Source of the DNA: Torpedo marmorata
Lineage: Eukaryota
Direction of reading: 5' to 3'
Assembly: GCA_977017645.1 (NCBI GenBank)
Contig: OZ360224.1
Coordinates: 177,940,001 to 178,004,000 of the forward strand
Length of the DNA stretch: 64,000 nt
Shown here piece by piece: positions 48,359 to 60,312 of this stretch. The stretch's first letter is position 1. The number at the start of each line of letters is the position of its first letter. Below the pieces are notes generated by a model that did no database searches, was not told the origin of the DNA, and saw only the letters and a list, made by a program, of their open reading frames with translations. The translations under genes were made by a program, and so were the position numbers.

Positions 48359-48542
48359 CTCTTTCTGCTGACTTCAGTAGGTCTTCATAATACTGTTTGC
48401 AGAACATGACTTCTCTCTCCAGCTGGGTTCCGTCTGAGACTGAGAAGATCTCGGACTCCTCACTGTCCTTCAAGAAGTCCTTGAGGTGCACCTGGAGGCT
48501 GCTGAGCACCTGCTGGTGTTCCCCTGGCAACATGGTCTTCAC
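48359..48542 (-). CDS. DST: Dystonin exon ([14 protein letters not shown]...LLKSAER)
   Basis: 184 nt; resembles human [17 protein letters not shown]. Confidence 0.95.
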
Positions 48543-49184
48543 CTGTGCAAGACAGTCACAACATCAAGATCACGAGAAGTAAAACATCCAGAACCTCCTT
48601 TGTCTTGAGGCCAGAAAATCAACCAATCACATTCACAGACAGGCTTTTTGGCCATTCTAATCACCTCTTGCACGTTGTTCCATCTGAGCTTCCTCTCAAC
48701 CTCATCATCAAACAACTCCAACACATTCGCTCTCCCTCAACATCCTTAGCACTCTGCCTCAACGCCTCCTTGAGACACTGAGCTGTGTATCTCAAGTCTT
48801 CTCCGGGTCAACATTTGGTTACATTCTAATTGTATTTTAACAATACTTAGAGGAATTTGGTCTTCTGCTTAAGTGCGCCTAATTTCCATGGACAAATTGT
48901 GGGGTTCCACAGCCCATACTTACATAGTCCCCCAAAATTTCAGACTGCCTGAGTTTCTTTGTTCCTGTGAATCAACGGTTGGTGCTTTATTTAGACACAA
49001 TGCAAGTGTGAGCAAGGGTTGCAACCTGCATTTCTCACTAACATTTCTACCACTGGTTTGTGGCATACTGGATAAGACAACTGCATACAGTTTTACAGGC
49101 TATTATCAACCAAGATTTGACAATGGCCCTGACAATTTGATTCACAAGGATGTTACCAGGACTGGTGGGTTTGAATTAAAAGGA

Positions 49185-49720
49185 GAGCCTTTAGCCTGGC
49201 TCATTTCTTCCTGGAGCATAGGAGGCTGAGGGGGAACCTTATAGAGGTGTATAAAATCATGAGGGGCATTGATAACATAAATAGTCTTTTCCCAAGGGAA
49301 TCTAAAACTGGAAGGCATCTATTTAAGGTGAGAGTGGAGAAGTTTAAAAAGGACCTGAGGAGCAGTATTTTCACACAGAGGGTGGAAGGAATGTGGAATG
49401 AGCTGGCAGAGGAAGTAGTAGAGGTAGATACAACTCTAACATTTAAAACATTTGGACAGGTATACGCATTGGAAATGTTTGGAGGGATATGGCCCAAACA
49501 CAGGATCATGGGTAGACAACTTGCTTGGCACGTACAAGTTGGGCTAAGGGATCATGGGTAGACAACTTGCTTGGCACGTACAAGTTGGGCTAAGGGATCA
49601 TGGGTAGACAACTTGCTTGGCACGTACAAGTTGGGCTAAGGGATCATGGGTAGACAACTTGCTTGGCATGTACAAGTTGGGCTAAGGGATTTGTTTCCGT
49701 GCTGTTAAACTCTACAACTA
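49185..49720 (+). mobile_element. CR1 3' end with amplified 3'UTR segment
   Basis: YKIMRGID...FTQRVEGMWNEL translation; tail gtttccgtgctg. Confidence 0.8.
49503..49690 (+). repeat. 46-bp tandem repeat x4
   Basis: GGATCATGGGTAGACAACTTGCTTGGCACGTACAAGTTGGGCTAAG starts at 49503, 49549, 49595 and 49641. Confidence 0.95.
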
Positions 49721-49897
49721 TAGTTAGATTTTCAACAGCTCAACAGAAAATGATTGACTGGTGCAAAATATTATCCCAGGGTCTGGGTGGATTCCGACTC
49801 CAAAATTCCTGGCAAAAAGAGATTGCCTGACTGTTTCCAACCAACGCACTGAAGGGTGAACTAATGGAATCCACGTCACATTTGGTGAAATACTTAC

Positions 49898-50024
49898 CGA
49901 GGAAACATTCCAGGCTCGGATAGTGGAGATTTCATTCATCAGGTAATGCCAGGACACAATGCTCTTCATGTTTATGTGGGACTGATGCCAGAGAGCCAGA
50001 ACATTCTGATAGAGTTGTTCAATT
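49898..50024 (-). CDS. DST: Dystonin exon ([28 protein letters not shown]...VSS)
   Basis: 127 nt, AG/GT, phases fit. Confidence 0.95.
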
Positions 50025-50274
50025 CTGAGAGGAGGAAAACAGGATATTTCACTTATTATGCCACATTAAATCCAGAGTAAGTCGACTAATTCAGACTGGG
50101 GATGTGGGCTCTCTGGGAAGTGAACTATTCCACCATCAGCTGAGTCTGAACGTCAGGAGACTTTTGACTACCGTCCCATTTCATTGAGCATCAAAGCACC
50201 TTTCAATTGTTTGAACTGTGAACCTTCTCAACAAATCACATCAATTGGGTTTCACATCAATGAAGTGATTAAGG

Positions 50275-50670
50275 AGTGCTGCATTCCGGCGGATAATGTG
50301 TTGGATGCAGAAGCTGGTGGGGTGGTAGGAGAGGATGAGGGGGATTCTATGTTTGTTGCGTCTGGGGGCAGAGGGGGCCAGGGCAGATGAGCGGGAAATG
50401 GAGGAGATGCGGGTGAGGGCTGAGTTGATGGTGGTGGAGGGAAGCCACGTTTGTAGAAGAAGGCAGACATTTCAGAAGATCTGGACTGGAAGACCTCATC
50501 TTGGGAACAGATGCGGCGGAGACGGAGAAATTGAGAGAAGGGGATGGAATCCTTGCAGGGGACAGGGTGTGAGGAAATGTAGTCCAGATAGTTGTGGGAT
50601 TTGGAGGGTTTGTAGTAAATGTCAGTGGAAAGCTTGTCTCCCGAGATGGAGACAGAGAGATCTAGGAAGG
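50275..50670 (-). mobile_element. Penelope-like element RT fragment
   Basis: FLDLSVSISGDKLSTDIYYKP..SH.YLDY.SSHP..CKDSIPFSQFLRLRRICS. Confidence 0.85.
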
Positions 50671-50820
50671 ATTTACTCAAGATGTCTCCACCCAATATGG
50701 GGGATAGTTACTGGCAAACTGTGCAAGTAAAACAAACCCAGTCACTGCAAGCTTGACGAAGAAGGATCACCTCCCTGTGAGCTTCGAAGCATAATGAAGA
50801 AACAACAGCTCTCTCCTTAC

Positions 50821-50975
50821 CTACTTGCCATCTCAATGGCTTCTTTGTTGGGTGGAGGAACAGAGAAACAGACAGATGGGACCATGGCCTCATTCCCCGT
50901 GGGACTGATGACCTTCCACTTGGCTCGGTACGAGTTGTTCTCCAACAAACATTCATCATCCTTGTAAATTGTTAT
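50821..50975 (-). CDS. DST: Dystonin exon, SH3 domain ([46 protein letters not shown])
   Basis: 155 nt; near-identical to human DST SH3. Confidence 0.96.
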
Positions 50976-51164
50976 CTGTTTAAATAATAAAATCAGTGCA
51001 GAAGTTTCCCAAATTTATATCCACAAGCAGGTAGCTACGATCAAAAGCCTACATTTATATAGCTTCCTACACATGGTAAAAGGCTTTCAGGAGACTTAGC
51101 AGTAGCAATTATCAGTTAACATTTGAACAAGGGGAAATTAGGACATGTGCCTGGATAAAAAGTT

Positions 51165-51410
51165 ACAATTAGCGTGACGCTATTACAGCACCAGCAACCT
51201 GGGTTTGAATCCGGCGCTGTCCAGAAAGAGTTTGTGCATGCTCCCCGTGATCTGTGTGAGTTTCCAGTGGGTGCTCCAGTTTCCCCCTCACCCTCCAAAA
51301 ATATACGGGGTTAGAAGGTTAATTGGTCACATGGTTGTATTTGGGTGGCAAGGGCTTGTGGGCCTGCACCGTGCTGTATCTCTGAATTAAATTAAATTAA
51401 AAATTAAATA
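51165..51410 (+). mobile_element. V-SINE (HE1-like)
   Basis: Head, V-domain and (taaat)n tail. Confidence 0.8.
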
Positions 51411-51601
51411 GGGAAAGATGAATGAAAATGCGTAAGGAGGACATTTCAAAACTTGGAGCCAAGCCAGCTGAAGGTATTGGCACCAATGGTGCAGCGATGA
51501 AATTGCAAGGCCACAATCAACCAGATATTTCAGGAGAATACAAGGCTGAAGGCAGTTGCTGCAAGGATGGAAACAGTTTAGTTTTCATAAAGTATTCCCA
51601 C

Positions 51602-51754
51602 CTCAATTTGTTTGTAGTCACAGATGGCTCTGATGGGGATGGAGATCCTTGTAGGGTTTTCAGGATTCCTGGGCTTGAGTTGAACAACTGCCTTTGCCCG
51701 ACTCATGAGACATGCTACGTTACTCTTGTACTGCAGCAGTTGTTCCTTCTCATC
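51602..51754 (-). CDS. DST: Dystonin exon ([11 protein letters not shown]...QLKPRN...AICDYKQIE)
   Basis: 153 nt, AG/GT, phase 0/0. Confidence 0.95.
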
Positions 51755-52060
51755 CTAAAATACATGAAAGAAATACATCAAACAGAGGTGGAGCGAAGAT
51801 CTTCTCTTGCTCCACCACCAATCTTTCAGACAAGTTGAACAAATAAATTTCAGAGACAATAAAATGGAGACTAACTGGACTGCCTCTCTCAGTTCCTGCA
51901 TGTCAAGTGTTTTGTGTAGTCCAGGAGTGTCATCAGAAGCCTTATGCCCAATGTGTTACCAGCAGCAAGTCCATTTTGCAAGGCAAGGTCGGGTAGCTCG
52001 ACAACATCGATGTTCACCCGGGGTTCAAAATCAGAGGAGTCCTCATATATTTCTACTATG

Positions 52061-52210
52061 TATCCAGGCATTGCATAGCTCACTCTACCAATCCCCATAG
52101 GTACAGGATACGAGGGGTTTTACTGTATCCAGGCATTGCAAAGCTCACTCTACCAATCCCCATAGGTGCTGGATACAAGGGGTTTTACTGTATCCAGGCA
52201 TTGCAAAGCT
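52061..52210 (+). repeat. 65-bp tandem repeat x2.3 containing a MITE right end
   Basis: tatccaggcattgca recurs at 52061, 52126 and 52191; each full unit ends ggatac.aggggttttactg-ta. Confidence 0.85.
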
Positions 52211-52306
52211 GACTCCAATAAACAATGTCCCAGACTAAATCTTGTGCAGGTGAAGTTTCTATTTAGTTACTTTGACCACTCTATCGTAAATCAGTTTGGG
52301 GCTCAC

Positions 52307-52432
52307 CATAGAATCCTGAACCAGGTCCTCCAGCCTCACCAAGCTGCTGGTTTTGTCACCATTGTACTTTCTCTTGATCATCTCCTGCAGGTTCTTCAAG
52401 TAGTCCATCGATTCTTTGGCATCATTGTAAAA
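52307..52432 (-). CDS. DST: Dystonin exon (FYNDAKESMDYLKNLQ...LEDLVQDSM)
   Basis: 126 nt, AG/GT, phase 0/0. Confidence 0.95.
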
Positions 52433-52454
52433 CTAGAGAGGGCAACAGAAAGTA

Positions 52455-52800
52455 AATACACAAAAGGTGCTGGAGAAACTCAGCAGGTTCCGCAGCGTCC
52501 ATAGGAGGCAAAGATATATAACCCACGATTCGGCCCCGGGCACTTCATCAAGGTTTGAGCAAAAAAGCAGGCAGGTGCCTGAATAAAAAGGAAGGGGTAG
52601 GAGGGAAGAAGTGGCAGGGGAGGAGTATAGACAACAAGCAAGAGGCCAGAGGTGGACATGGATAGGAGGGTAGGAGAGAAAAGCTGAGAATTGATCAGGG
52701 GAGGGGGGAGTGTGAATGCAGAGCTGAAGGAAAGGAGACAGAGGGATAGGGAAAGAGAGAGACTAGGGAGCTGGAGGAAAGGAGACACAGAAAGAGGGAG
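52455..52800 (-). mobile_element. Penelope-derived terminal repeat
   Basis: tgctggagaaactcagcagg end plus GA-rich body. Confidence 0.65.
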
Positions 52801-52852
52801 GCAGATCACAGCCTCTGTCGTCACTGCTGATCGGAACGGATTGGACTCCTAC

Positions 52853-52948
52853 CTCAAAGTAAGCTGCATTTTCTTTCAGGTGCTTTTCAACGCAGGAGCA
52901 AAGCTGCAGGATCCAGCTCCATTGTGTCTGCATGGCAGCTTTGAAAGC
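52853..52948 (-). CDS. DST: Dystonin exon ([32 protein letters not shown])
   Basis: 96 nt; conserved plakin motif [11 protein letters not shown]. Confidence 0.96.
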
Positions 52949-52970
52949 CTGAGGAAACAAAACACAAATA

Positions 52971-53188
52971 CAGTAAAATCCCCGATATCCAGAATTCAAG
53001 CAACCGGCAAAAAAATTGCAGAAAATAAATAGGTAAAAAAATACGAAAGTTTAAAATTGGCACCTCCCCACTCCCCCGCCAGTGGTCAATTTGCCAATCC
53101 ACATAACACCCAATATCAAGCAACCAGCAAATTCACTTATCCGGCATATACAAATCCCCATAGATGCCGGATACCGGGGGTTTTGCTG
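52971..53188. mobile_element. Tc1/mariner (Tigger/pogo-like) MITE, 218 bp
   Basis: TIRs CAGTAAAATCCCCGATATCC / GGATACCGGGGGTTTTGCTG, flanked by TA on both sides. Confidence 0.82.
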
Positions 53189-53269
53189 TATTCCATTCTC
53201 CCGTGGCCAGGCCCAGCACGAGCAGCATGATGAAGGTATTGCGCTGAGCGGCAAACAAAGATCAGGCCA

Positions 53270-53530
53270 TCATACACACCCCCCTCCCCCCCCCTCCATC
53301 AACTCCATCACACACACCCACCCTCCACCCCCGCCCCCTCCATCAACTCCATCACACACACCCACCCTCCCACCCCCATCAACTCCATCACACACACCTA
53401 CCCTCCCCCCTCCATCAAACCCACCCCCCCCCACACCCTCCATCAACTCCATCACACCCACCCCCCCTCCTCCCCCACTCCATCAACTCCATCACAACCA
53501 CCCCCCCCCCCCCCCCCCATCAAACTCTTC
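53270..53530 (+). repeat. C-rich minisatellite, about 30-45 bp unit with core CCATCAACTCCATCACA
   Basis: Core repeated about 6-7 times between C-runs, followed by a Rex-like 3' remnant to about 53860. Confidence 0.85.
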
Positions 53531-53923
53531 CCACTTCCTTGGAAAAGCAGTCAACAAAACAGTCATCCCACCTGGCCATACTCTCTCCACCACTGCCTCC
53601 CACCAGCTGAACATTCAGAAGTGTGAGATCACACACCGCCAGATTCAAGGACAGCTTTTTTCCCGCCGTTATCAGACTCCTGAACGAACCTCGCGCCAGT
53701 GAAACTATGTTGCCTTTGCTCCATTCTCACTGATCTCTCTCTGTCACCCTACACGCTGTACTGCGTTTTTAATGCTGTACAATGCAGGAGCTGACTCACT
53801 GGACTGCTCGCAAATGAATTTTCTCCCTGTGCCTCAGCATGTGACAGTAAACTTGGACTTGATCACGAGGCTTTGCAAAGGGAGCAGCAATATCAAGCTG
53901 GCTAAAGGCCAGCCAGTGTTTAC

Positions 53924-54028
53924 CTCAATGGTTGCCCGAGCAGGGTGCCGATGGAGAAGAAGTTTATCTGCCATGTCTTGCACCGATCTCATGAGCACAT
54001 CTTTGTCTTCCAGCTCTTGCATCAATTC
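53924..54028 (-). CDS. DST: Dystonin exon (ELMQELEDKD...HPARATIE)
   Basis: 105 nt, AG/GT, phase 0/0. Confidence 0.94.
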
Positions 54029-54271
54029 CTGTCACAGGGTTTAGACAATCACAAGAGGCAAAGATAAGTAAGTGGTCAGAGCCTTTGTCCCAGGATAGAG
54101 GAATCTAAAACTAGATGCCTTAGATACAAAGTGAGAGGGGAAAGGTTTAACCAAGACCTCAGAGGCACACCATGTTCACACAGATGGCGGCGGGTATGTG
54201 GAACGAGTTGCCAGAGGAAGTGGTAGAAGTTGGTACAATTGTAACATTTAAAAGACGCTCAGAAAGGTATT

Positions 54272-54945
54272 ATGATGATGATGATGAAGGGAATTTATTG
54301 TCATACACACAAGTACAATGTACAGATGCACTGAAATTCTAGCTTGCTGAATGCGAACAAGTACATAAGATACACAAACTATCAATTAAATTACCACAAA
54401 AGAGATAATAAATATAAAAGGATAGATAAATAAATATTCATAGTTGCAGTTAGTGCAGGAAAAAAAGTAATGCTTCAGTAGTGCAGACAGATCTTTTGGT
54501 GGTCCCAGAGTAGTTTAGGGTTACAGTTAGAGTAGGGTTAGGGGAGATTCAAGAGCCTGATAGGTATTGGAAATACACTGTTCTTAAACCTGGAGGCGCC
54601 AGACATCAGGCTTCTGTTCCTCTGCAGTCAGAAGAAGTTGTGACCAGGGTGATGGGGGTCTTTTATGATGTCAGCTGCCTTCTTAAGGCAGCGCCTCACA
54701 TAGATGTCTTCAGTGGATGAGTGATCAGTGCCTGTGATGGACGTGGCTCGGTTTGTCACTTTCTGCAGCCTTCTGCGTTCCTGGACACTCGAGTTTCCAA
54801 ATCAGACTGTAATGCAACTGGTCAGTATACTTTCCACAGTTCGCCTGTAGAAGTCCGACAGAGTATTCGATGACATGCCAAATCTCCTCAGACTTCTTAG
54901 AAAATAGAGGCGTGGTGTGCCTTCATCGCGGTTGCCTCAATGTGC
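54272..54945 (-). mobile_element. Rex1/Babar-type LINE 3' end inserted in a CR1 remnant (54060-55060)
   Basis: Degenerate LRSLRRFGMS..FYR..VESILT motifs; aataaa...(atc)n tail; CR1 3' sequence on both sides. Confidence 0.7.
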
Positions 54946-55789
54946 AGGATGTACACAGATAGAAAAGATTTAGAGGGATGTAGGCCGAACGTAGGCAAAT
55001 TGGACTAACTTGAGTAGACAACTGAGTTGGCATGGATGAGTTGAGCCTCAGGGCTTGTTCATGCCATTTGGACAGTCTATATGCAGTGGGGACTATATGT
55101 TACCTGGATTGGAGCACTCCAGTTATGGGGAGAATTATGGAGTCATACAGCACGGAACAGGTCCTTCGGCCCAACTCATGTATGCCAACCAGGTGGGCAT
55201 TCTGGGCTAGTCCCATTTGCCTGAATTTGGGCCACATCCTTCTAAACCATAAATCTGTCCAAATGTCTTTTAAATGTCCAAATATTTCCCACTTCTATAG
55301 TTTCCTCTGACAGCTCGTTCTAGATATGGACCACCCTCAGTGAAAAACGTCCCTCAGGTGAAAAAAATTGCCCCTCAAGTCCCACTTAAATCTCTCCCTG
55401 TTCACCTTAAACCTATGCCCATTTCTGAAGTATTATGGATACAGTATTTATTATTCACAAATCGGCCAACTGTGAAGATCTATTTCTATTTCATTCATTC
55501 TCCATTCCTCCCTCTTCCTTTTATATTATTATCTTTTATTTCTCTTCTTGTATGTTGTTCTGTGTTTTATGTAGCTGGGAAGCAAAGTAATCTGTGTCTA
55601 CAGTGCGTCTGTACATTGTACTTATGGATATGACAATAAACCTCATTTATTTTCTGCTGGATTCCAAAATATTTCCATGCATGAGGAGTTAGTTTTATTT
55701 TAAAACACGGATATTGCAATTCTGAACACATCTTCCCTGCCATAAACTAAACCTGCGAGCCAATCGCCTTGCCAATGGGTACTACATAC

Positions 55790-55951
55790 AGCGTGGTACT
55801 CCTTCTTTCGCAACATGCTGCTGTTCCTGTCACTCCAGTCGTAAGCCACCTCTTCTTCCTCCTTCTCGTTCAGCCAGATCAACTCCGTTGTTGCTCTGGA
55901 CACAAAACTGTGCAGGCTGTCGAGTTGGACGACCCGGTCCCTGGAAGTGTC
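55790..55951 (-). CDS. DST: Dystonin exon (DTSRDR...[28 protein letters not shown]...KKEYHA)
   Basis: 162 nt; EVAYDWS and YHA are DST-like rather than MACF1-like. Confidence 0.96.
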
Positions 55952-56055
55952 CTTCAAGTGTACAAAGGACAAGAAGAGCACACAATCAGGACTACTTACA
56001 CTGGATTCGAGTATTTGTCAGAATGCGAAGGTAGAAGTGACAACAAAGGCCTCAC

Positions 56056-56133
56056 CAGAAGCTTGCTGTACTGGCTCTCCAACACTCGCAGCTTCTCAGA
56101 GTAACTTTCACAGAGTGGCAAAGTCATTTGTCC
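56056..56133 (-). CDS. DST: Dystonin exon (GQMTLPLCESYSEKLRVLESQYSKLL)
   Basis: 78 nt, tag|GGA...CTG|gtgag. Confidence 0.92.
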
Positions 56134-56967
56134 CTAGTTAAAAGAAAAAGCTTTACGTTATAACTGCAAGGGAAAGGTAAAACTTCAAAACAAACTAGGT
56201 GGAAACCTGCCATTGAATGGTGGACCTACTTGAGAAAAACCAGCCCACTTCATCATTCAAGACAAAAGTACAATGACTAGAAGCTGGTGGAGAAGCACAC
56301 CCCTGGAAAGAGCGATGGGACAAATTCCTTAGTCAGTGGAGGGCTGGAATACCAGTGCATGAAAGTAATCTGATAGCTGTACAGAACTTCAGGTAGCTCC
56401 CATATAGATCTCAATGATTAGTCATGGCGTACCAGCAGGGGCACACTGCAGATTCCCCAAGTGAGAAGGCTTTAGAGTATGAAAACGTGCACCAACAGGC
56501 TTAAAACGTTTCCTCCCTGCAGCCATCAGGCTCCAGAATAAACCCCACAACAGTGCTCTCATGCAACCCTTGGTGTTAATTGATATTCCTTTTCATTGTA
56601 TTCCAACACTGTAAATTGTGCTCTTTACAAGGCTGTATATAATGTTACAGATAACCTGTCAGTCTGTTTGCAGAAGAACCCTTCTCACTATACTTGGTAT
56701 TTTGTGACAAATAAACTTCAACTCACAAAGCACGACAGAACACCACCTAAACACAGCCTGGAGTTTCACCCGTTGAAGGGATGATCTAATGCAGTTCCTT
56801 AAGGTGATTGAGAGAGTCGGTGGATAAATAGAGAGGTACTTGGTGCTCTGGAAGAGGAATTGTTTGGAACATTGTTCAGAAGTAACTGCTGGCAATGTGG
56901 GACACTCAACAAATTTTTGGGGTGAATTAAAATTTCCAGCCCGTGATAAACTGGCTTTTGTCAGAAA

Positions 56968-57573
56968 AGTTCAAGTCAAATCAAGTCACCTTTATTTGTC
57001 GTTCATACCATAACTACTAATGCAATGCACAGTAAAGACAAGATAACGTTTCTCCAGGACCATGGAGCAAACTTACATAAATAGAAGTTAAATATTAGTC
57101 ATAATACAATAAAAAATCTATGATATACTAATACACATATATATCTAAATATTGAGGAGCCTGATGGCTTGGGGGAAAAAACTGTTGCACAATCTGGACA
57201 TGAGGGCCCGAATGCTACGGTACCTCCTTCCAGATGGCAGAAGGGAAAAAAGTTTACAAGAGGGGTGTGTGAAGTCCTTCACAATGTTATTTGCCTTCCG
57301 CATGCATTGTGTGTTGTAGATGTCCATCATGGTAGGAAGAGAGACCCCAATAATTTTCTCCGCTGACCCCACTATCCTCTGCAGGGTCTTACGGTCTGAG
57401 ATGGTACAGTTTCCAAACCAAGCGGTGATGCAATTGCTCAGAATACTCTCAATACATCCTCTGTAGAATGTAGTAAGGATGGAGGGTGGGAGATGAACTT
57501 TCCTCAGCCTTCGCACGAAGTACAGGCGTTGCTGGGCTTTCTTGGCTATGGAACTGGTGTTGAGGGACCAGGT
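56968..57573 (-). mobile_element. Rex1/Babar-type LINE 3' end
   Basis: [21 protein letters not shown]...LLPSGRRYRS; (ttgac)n-like tail. Confidence 0.8.
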
Positions 57574-58454
57574 GAGATATATGGAACCAATGCAGAGAAG
57601 AGAGTTGGAAATAGAGGTGTGCTGCTAAGTGAATGCCAGAATAGACCCAAGAGTCTGAAAGGCCATCTCCTGCTATGATTTTATTCAAAGCATCACAATG
57701 AAGACCAGAGGCCAGCATCTGATCTGTAGAGCACTTGATGCCTCTTGCTGATTGGCTGTGGAGGGCGCCCTGGGTGGAGGTTAGCACGTTCGTCCGTGAA
57801 CTCCAGAGGGAAGCCAGAAGCATTTGTGAAGCATTAGGCCCGGTGGGGGCCATAGCAGCCTTCGTCTTCTGCCCAAGCCTCTCCTCACAACAACAAAATG
57901 TCCCATTCTCTCTCACTTTCCCCTCAAGGCATCAACCCTGCCAACTACTCCACTTGTGAAGGACACACTGACTTTGCCAGTGGTCAAAGCAGTTTCCCTC
58001 TGGCCATGCCAACCTTGAGTATACGTTGTAGAGAGAGAAATACAAATAAAATGGTGATAAAACAACAGAAAATCACAAACTAAAAAGTTGACAATAAATG
58101 GAAGCAAGGCAGGAGAATGATCAATGTGTGAGTCAATATGACCCTCACAGCAACTATAAGACATTGAGCAAAGTCATTCTGCCCTATTTGCCTTTACCTC
58201 CCCTGTACTTTGCCCCTACAACGAGACCAGGTTTAGAGGGATCTGGGACAAACGCAGCAGGTGGGACGAGTGTGGGTGGGGCATTTTGGTTCAGTGTGGG
58301 CAAGTTGGGATGAAGGGCCTGTTTCCCTGCTATATGACTCTATGACAATAAACAAGAGCCGACAATACTTACAGAAATCCACAAATCCAATTAGTTTCAA
58401 CAGGAACAAAAAGAAATTTCAATAATTTCATGAGATTCTCAAATTGACAGTTAC

Positions 58455-58583
58455 CTCAGCCGACCGAGCCTCCCTGATGCTCGATTCGAAGTCCTCAATT
58501 GCTCGGTGGACGTTTTTGTGATTTTCCAGGTGACTCTCAATGCTGGGCAGATCAGAGCCCCACTCTGCATGGGCGAGCTGCAC
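58455..58583 (-). CDS. DST: Dystonin exon ([43 protein letters not shown])
   Basis: 129 nt; [14 protein letters not shown] is identical to human DST as recalled. Confidence 0.96.
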
Positions 58584-59447
58584 CTGGTGTTGTCCAGAGT
58601 AAAGCACCATTAATCGGGAAGGTTGATGGCAGCAACGTCAATACTCAAGCTCCCGAAACCGCAGAATCAAATCTTTACTTCACATCCATTCTCGCAACAT
58701 GAACGGTGGCCATTCTGCCCATCCAGTCCATACCACCAGTCCCACCCTCCTACTTTTTCCCCATTGTCTCCTATCACTCAGGGTTGCCTATAGTGGCCCA
58801 TTAACCACCTGACCCACACATCTTTCGGATGTGGGACGAAACCTGAGCACACAGGGCAGTGGGGATGTGGGGGGGGTGGGGGGGAACCTACACGGGTTAT
58901 AGGTAGAACATGCAAACTCCATACGTGACAGAAACTGGACCACTGGAGCAGCGAGGCAACAGCAACACCTGCCACATCACTGAACCACCCGATCATGTGT
59001 GCTCTGGGTGAGATTCCCTTTATTAGGTACACCAGCTGTGTCAACACAAACCAGGTGCAATATCAGAGGTGGAGCTCTGAAATTTAGTTAAAAGTGACAT
59101 TCAGTTGAAAAGGAGATGGCTTTAGTTTGGAATAATTTTCCCGTTATAAAATTGTTCACATGAACAAAGCTCTCAGTACTGCAGAAAGCCAGAAGGAGAA
59201 TCCAGCTCTAGGCGGAGTGCAGTGCAGATTCACTAGACTGCTTCCAGTGAGGGCAGGCTTGCAACCAGGAGAGGTTGAGCACATTGGAGCTGTATTCTTT
59301 AGAATTTAGATGAATGGAGAAATCATCAATATTTACAATATTCTTCAAGATTTTGATGAGCGAGGAGCAGTTGGCACAGTTTGAGAACAAAGGGGAGGGT
59401 GTTTAAGACTTTGAGAAGAGAAATTTCTTCACTCAGAGAGTCACTGC

Positions 59448-59801
59448 TGAAAAATTGCGTCCAGCTATGAACCCCCGGGTGATCCACATAATTGTCTTTT
59501 ATAAGTAATATTATATTACTTTCCTTTTTTTCTTTTTCCTTCTTTCTTTTTGCAGATTTTAGGAGGGTGAGGGAATGTAAGGGGAGGGAGTGGGTTGAGG
59601 GTGGGTTTAGAAATATTAAGCAATAATTTTAATTTGTAATGATGGGAAGATGTTATAAGTGTTTGGGGGGTTAAGGGAGGGGGTAGATTACACCATGTAA
59701 TACAATATAATTTCAATGGATTCTTCTGAAGTTAACAATGTATATTATCTATATATGTATTACTGTGTGTGAAAATTTAAAATAAAATATTCCAAAAAAA
59801 A
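59448..59801 (+). mobile_element. Severely 5'-truncated L1-like 3'UTR (different subfamily)
   Basis: T-rich then G-rich tract, aataaa and poly(A); AGTCACTGC duplicated at 59439-59447 and 59802-59810. Confidence 0.6.
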
Positions 59802-60222
59802 AGTCACTGCCTCCCCGCTCCAATGACCTGGGTTCAATCCTGACCTCAGGTGACGTATGTGCAGACTCTGCTCCTTCCCCCTGAGACCGCTCGGGTTTCC
59901 TCTGGGTTCCTCCCACAGACCAAACACGCACGGGTTGGTCGGTTCACTGGCTATTGTAAACGGCCTCTAGTGTGTAGGTGGCAGGTAAAATCTGAATGGG
60001 AATTACAGAGAATGTGGGGAGAATGTGTGGCGCTGTCTGTAAGGAGTTTGTACATTCTCCCCGTGTCTGTGTGGGTTTCCTCTGGACACTCCGGATTCCT
60101 CTCACCCTCCAAAACATACGGGGATGGGGGGGGGGTTGTAGGTCAACTGGGTGTAATTGGGCAGCACGGGCTTGTGGGCTGGAAGGGCCTGTTACCGTGC
60201 TGTATGTCTAAATTTATAAATT
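59802..60222 (+). mobile_element. Two tandem V-SINE fragments
   Basis: gggttcaatcctgacctc head; second V-domain and tail from about 60029. Confidence 0.75.
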
Positions 60223-60255
60223 AATCGTACTTTTTATTTTAAATGTATTTATTTA

Positions 60256-60261
<6 letters not shown>

Positions 60262-60306
<45 letters not shown>
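60262..60306 (+). repeat. (TA)n microsatellite
   Basis: Direct reading. Confidence 0.95.

Positions 60307-60312
<6 letters not shown>

Noticed and set aside
49503-49690. CRISPR-like array of palindromic repeats
   Set aside because: No unique spacers, eukaryotic context, and it lies within a CR1 3'UTR
53082-53702. Proline-rich 206-aa ORF
   Set aside because: Translation of MITE, C-rich minisatellite and Rex remnant
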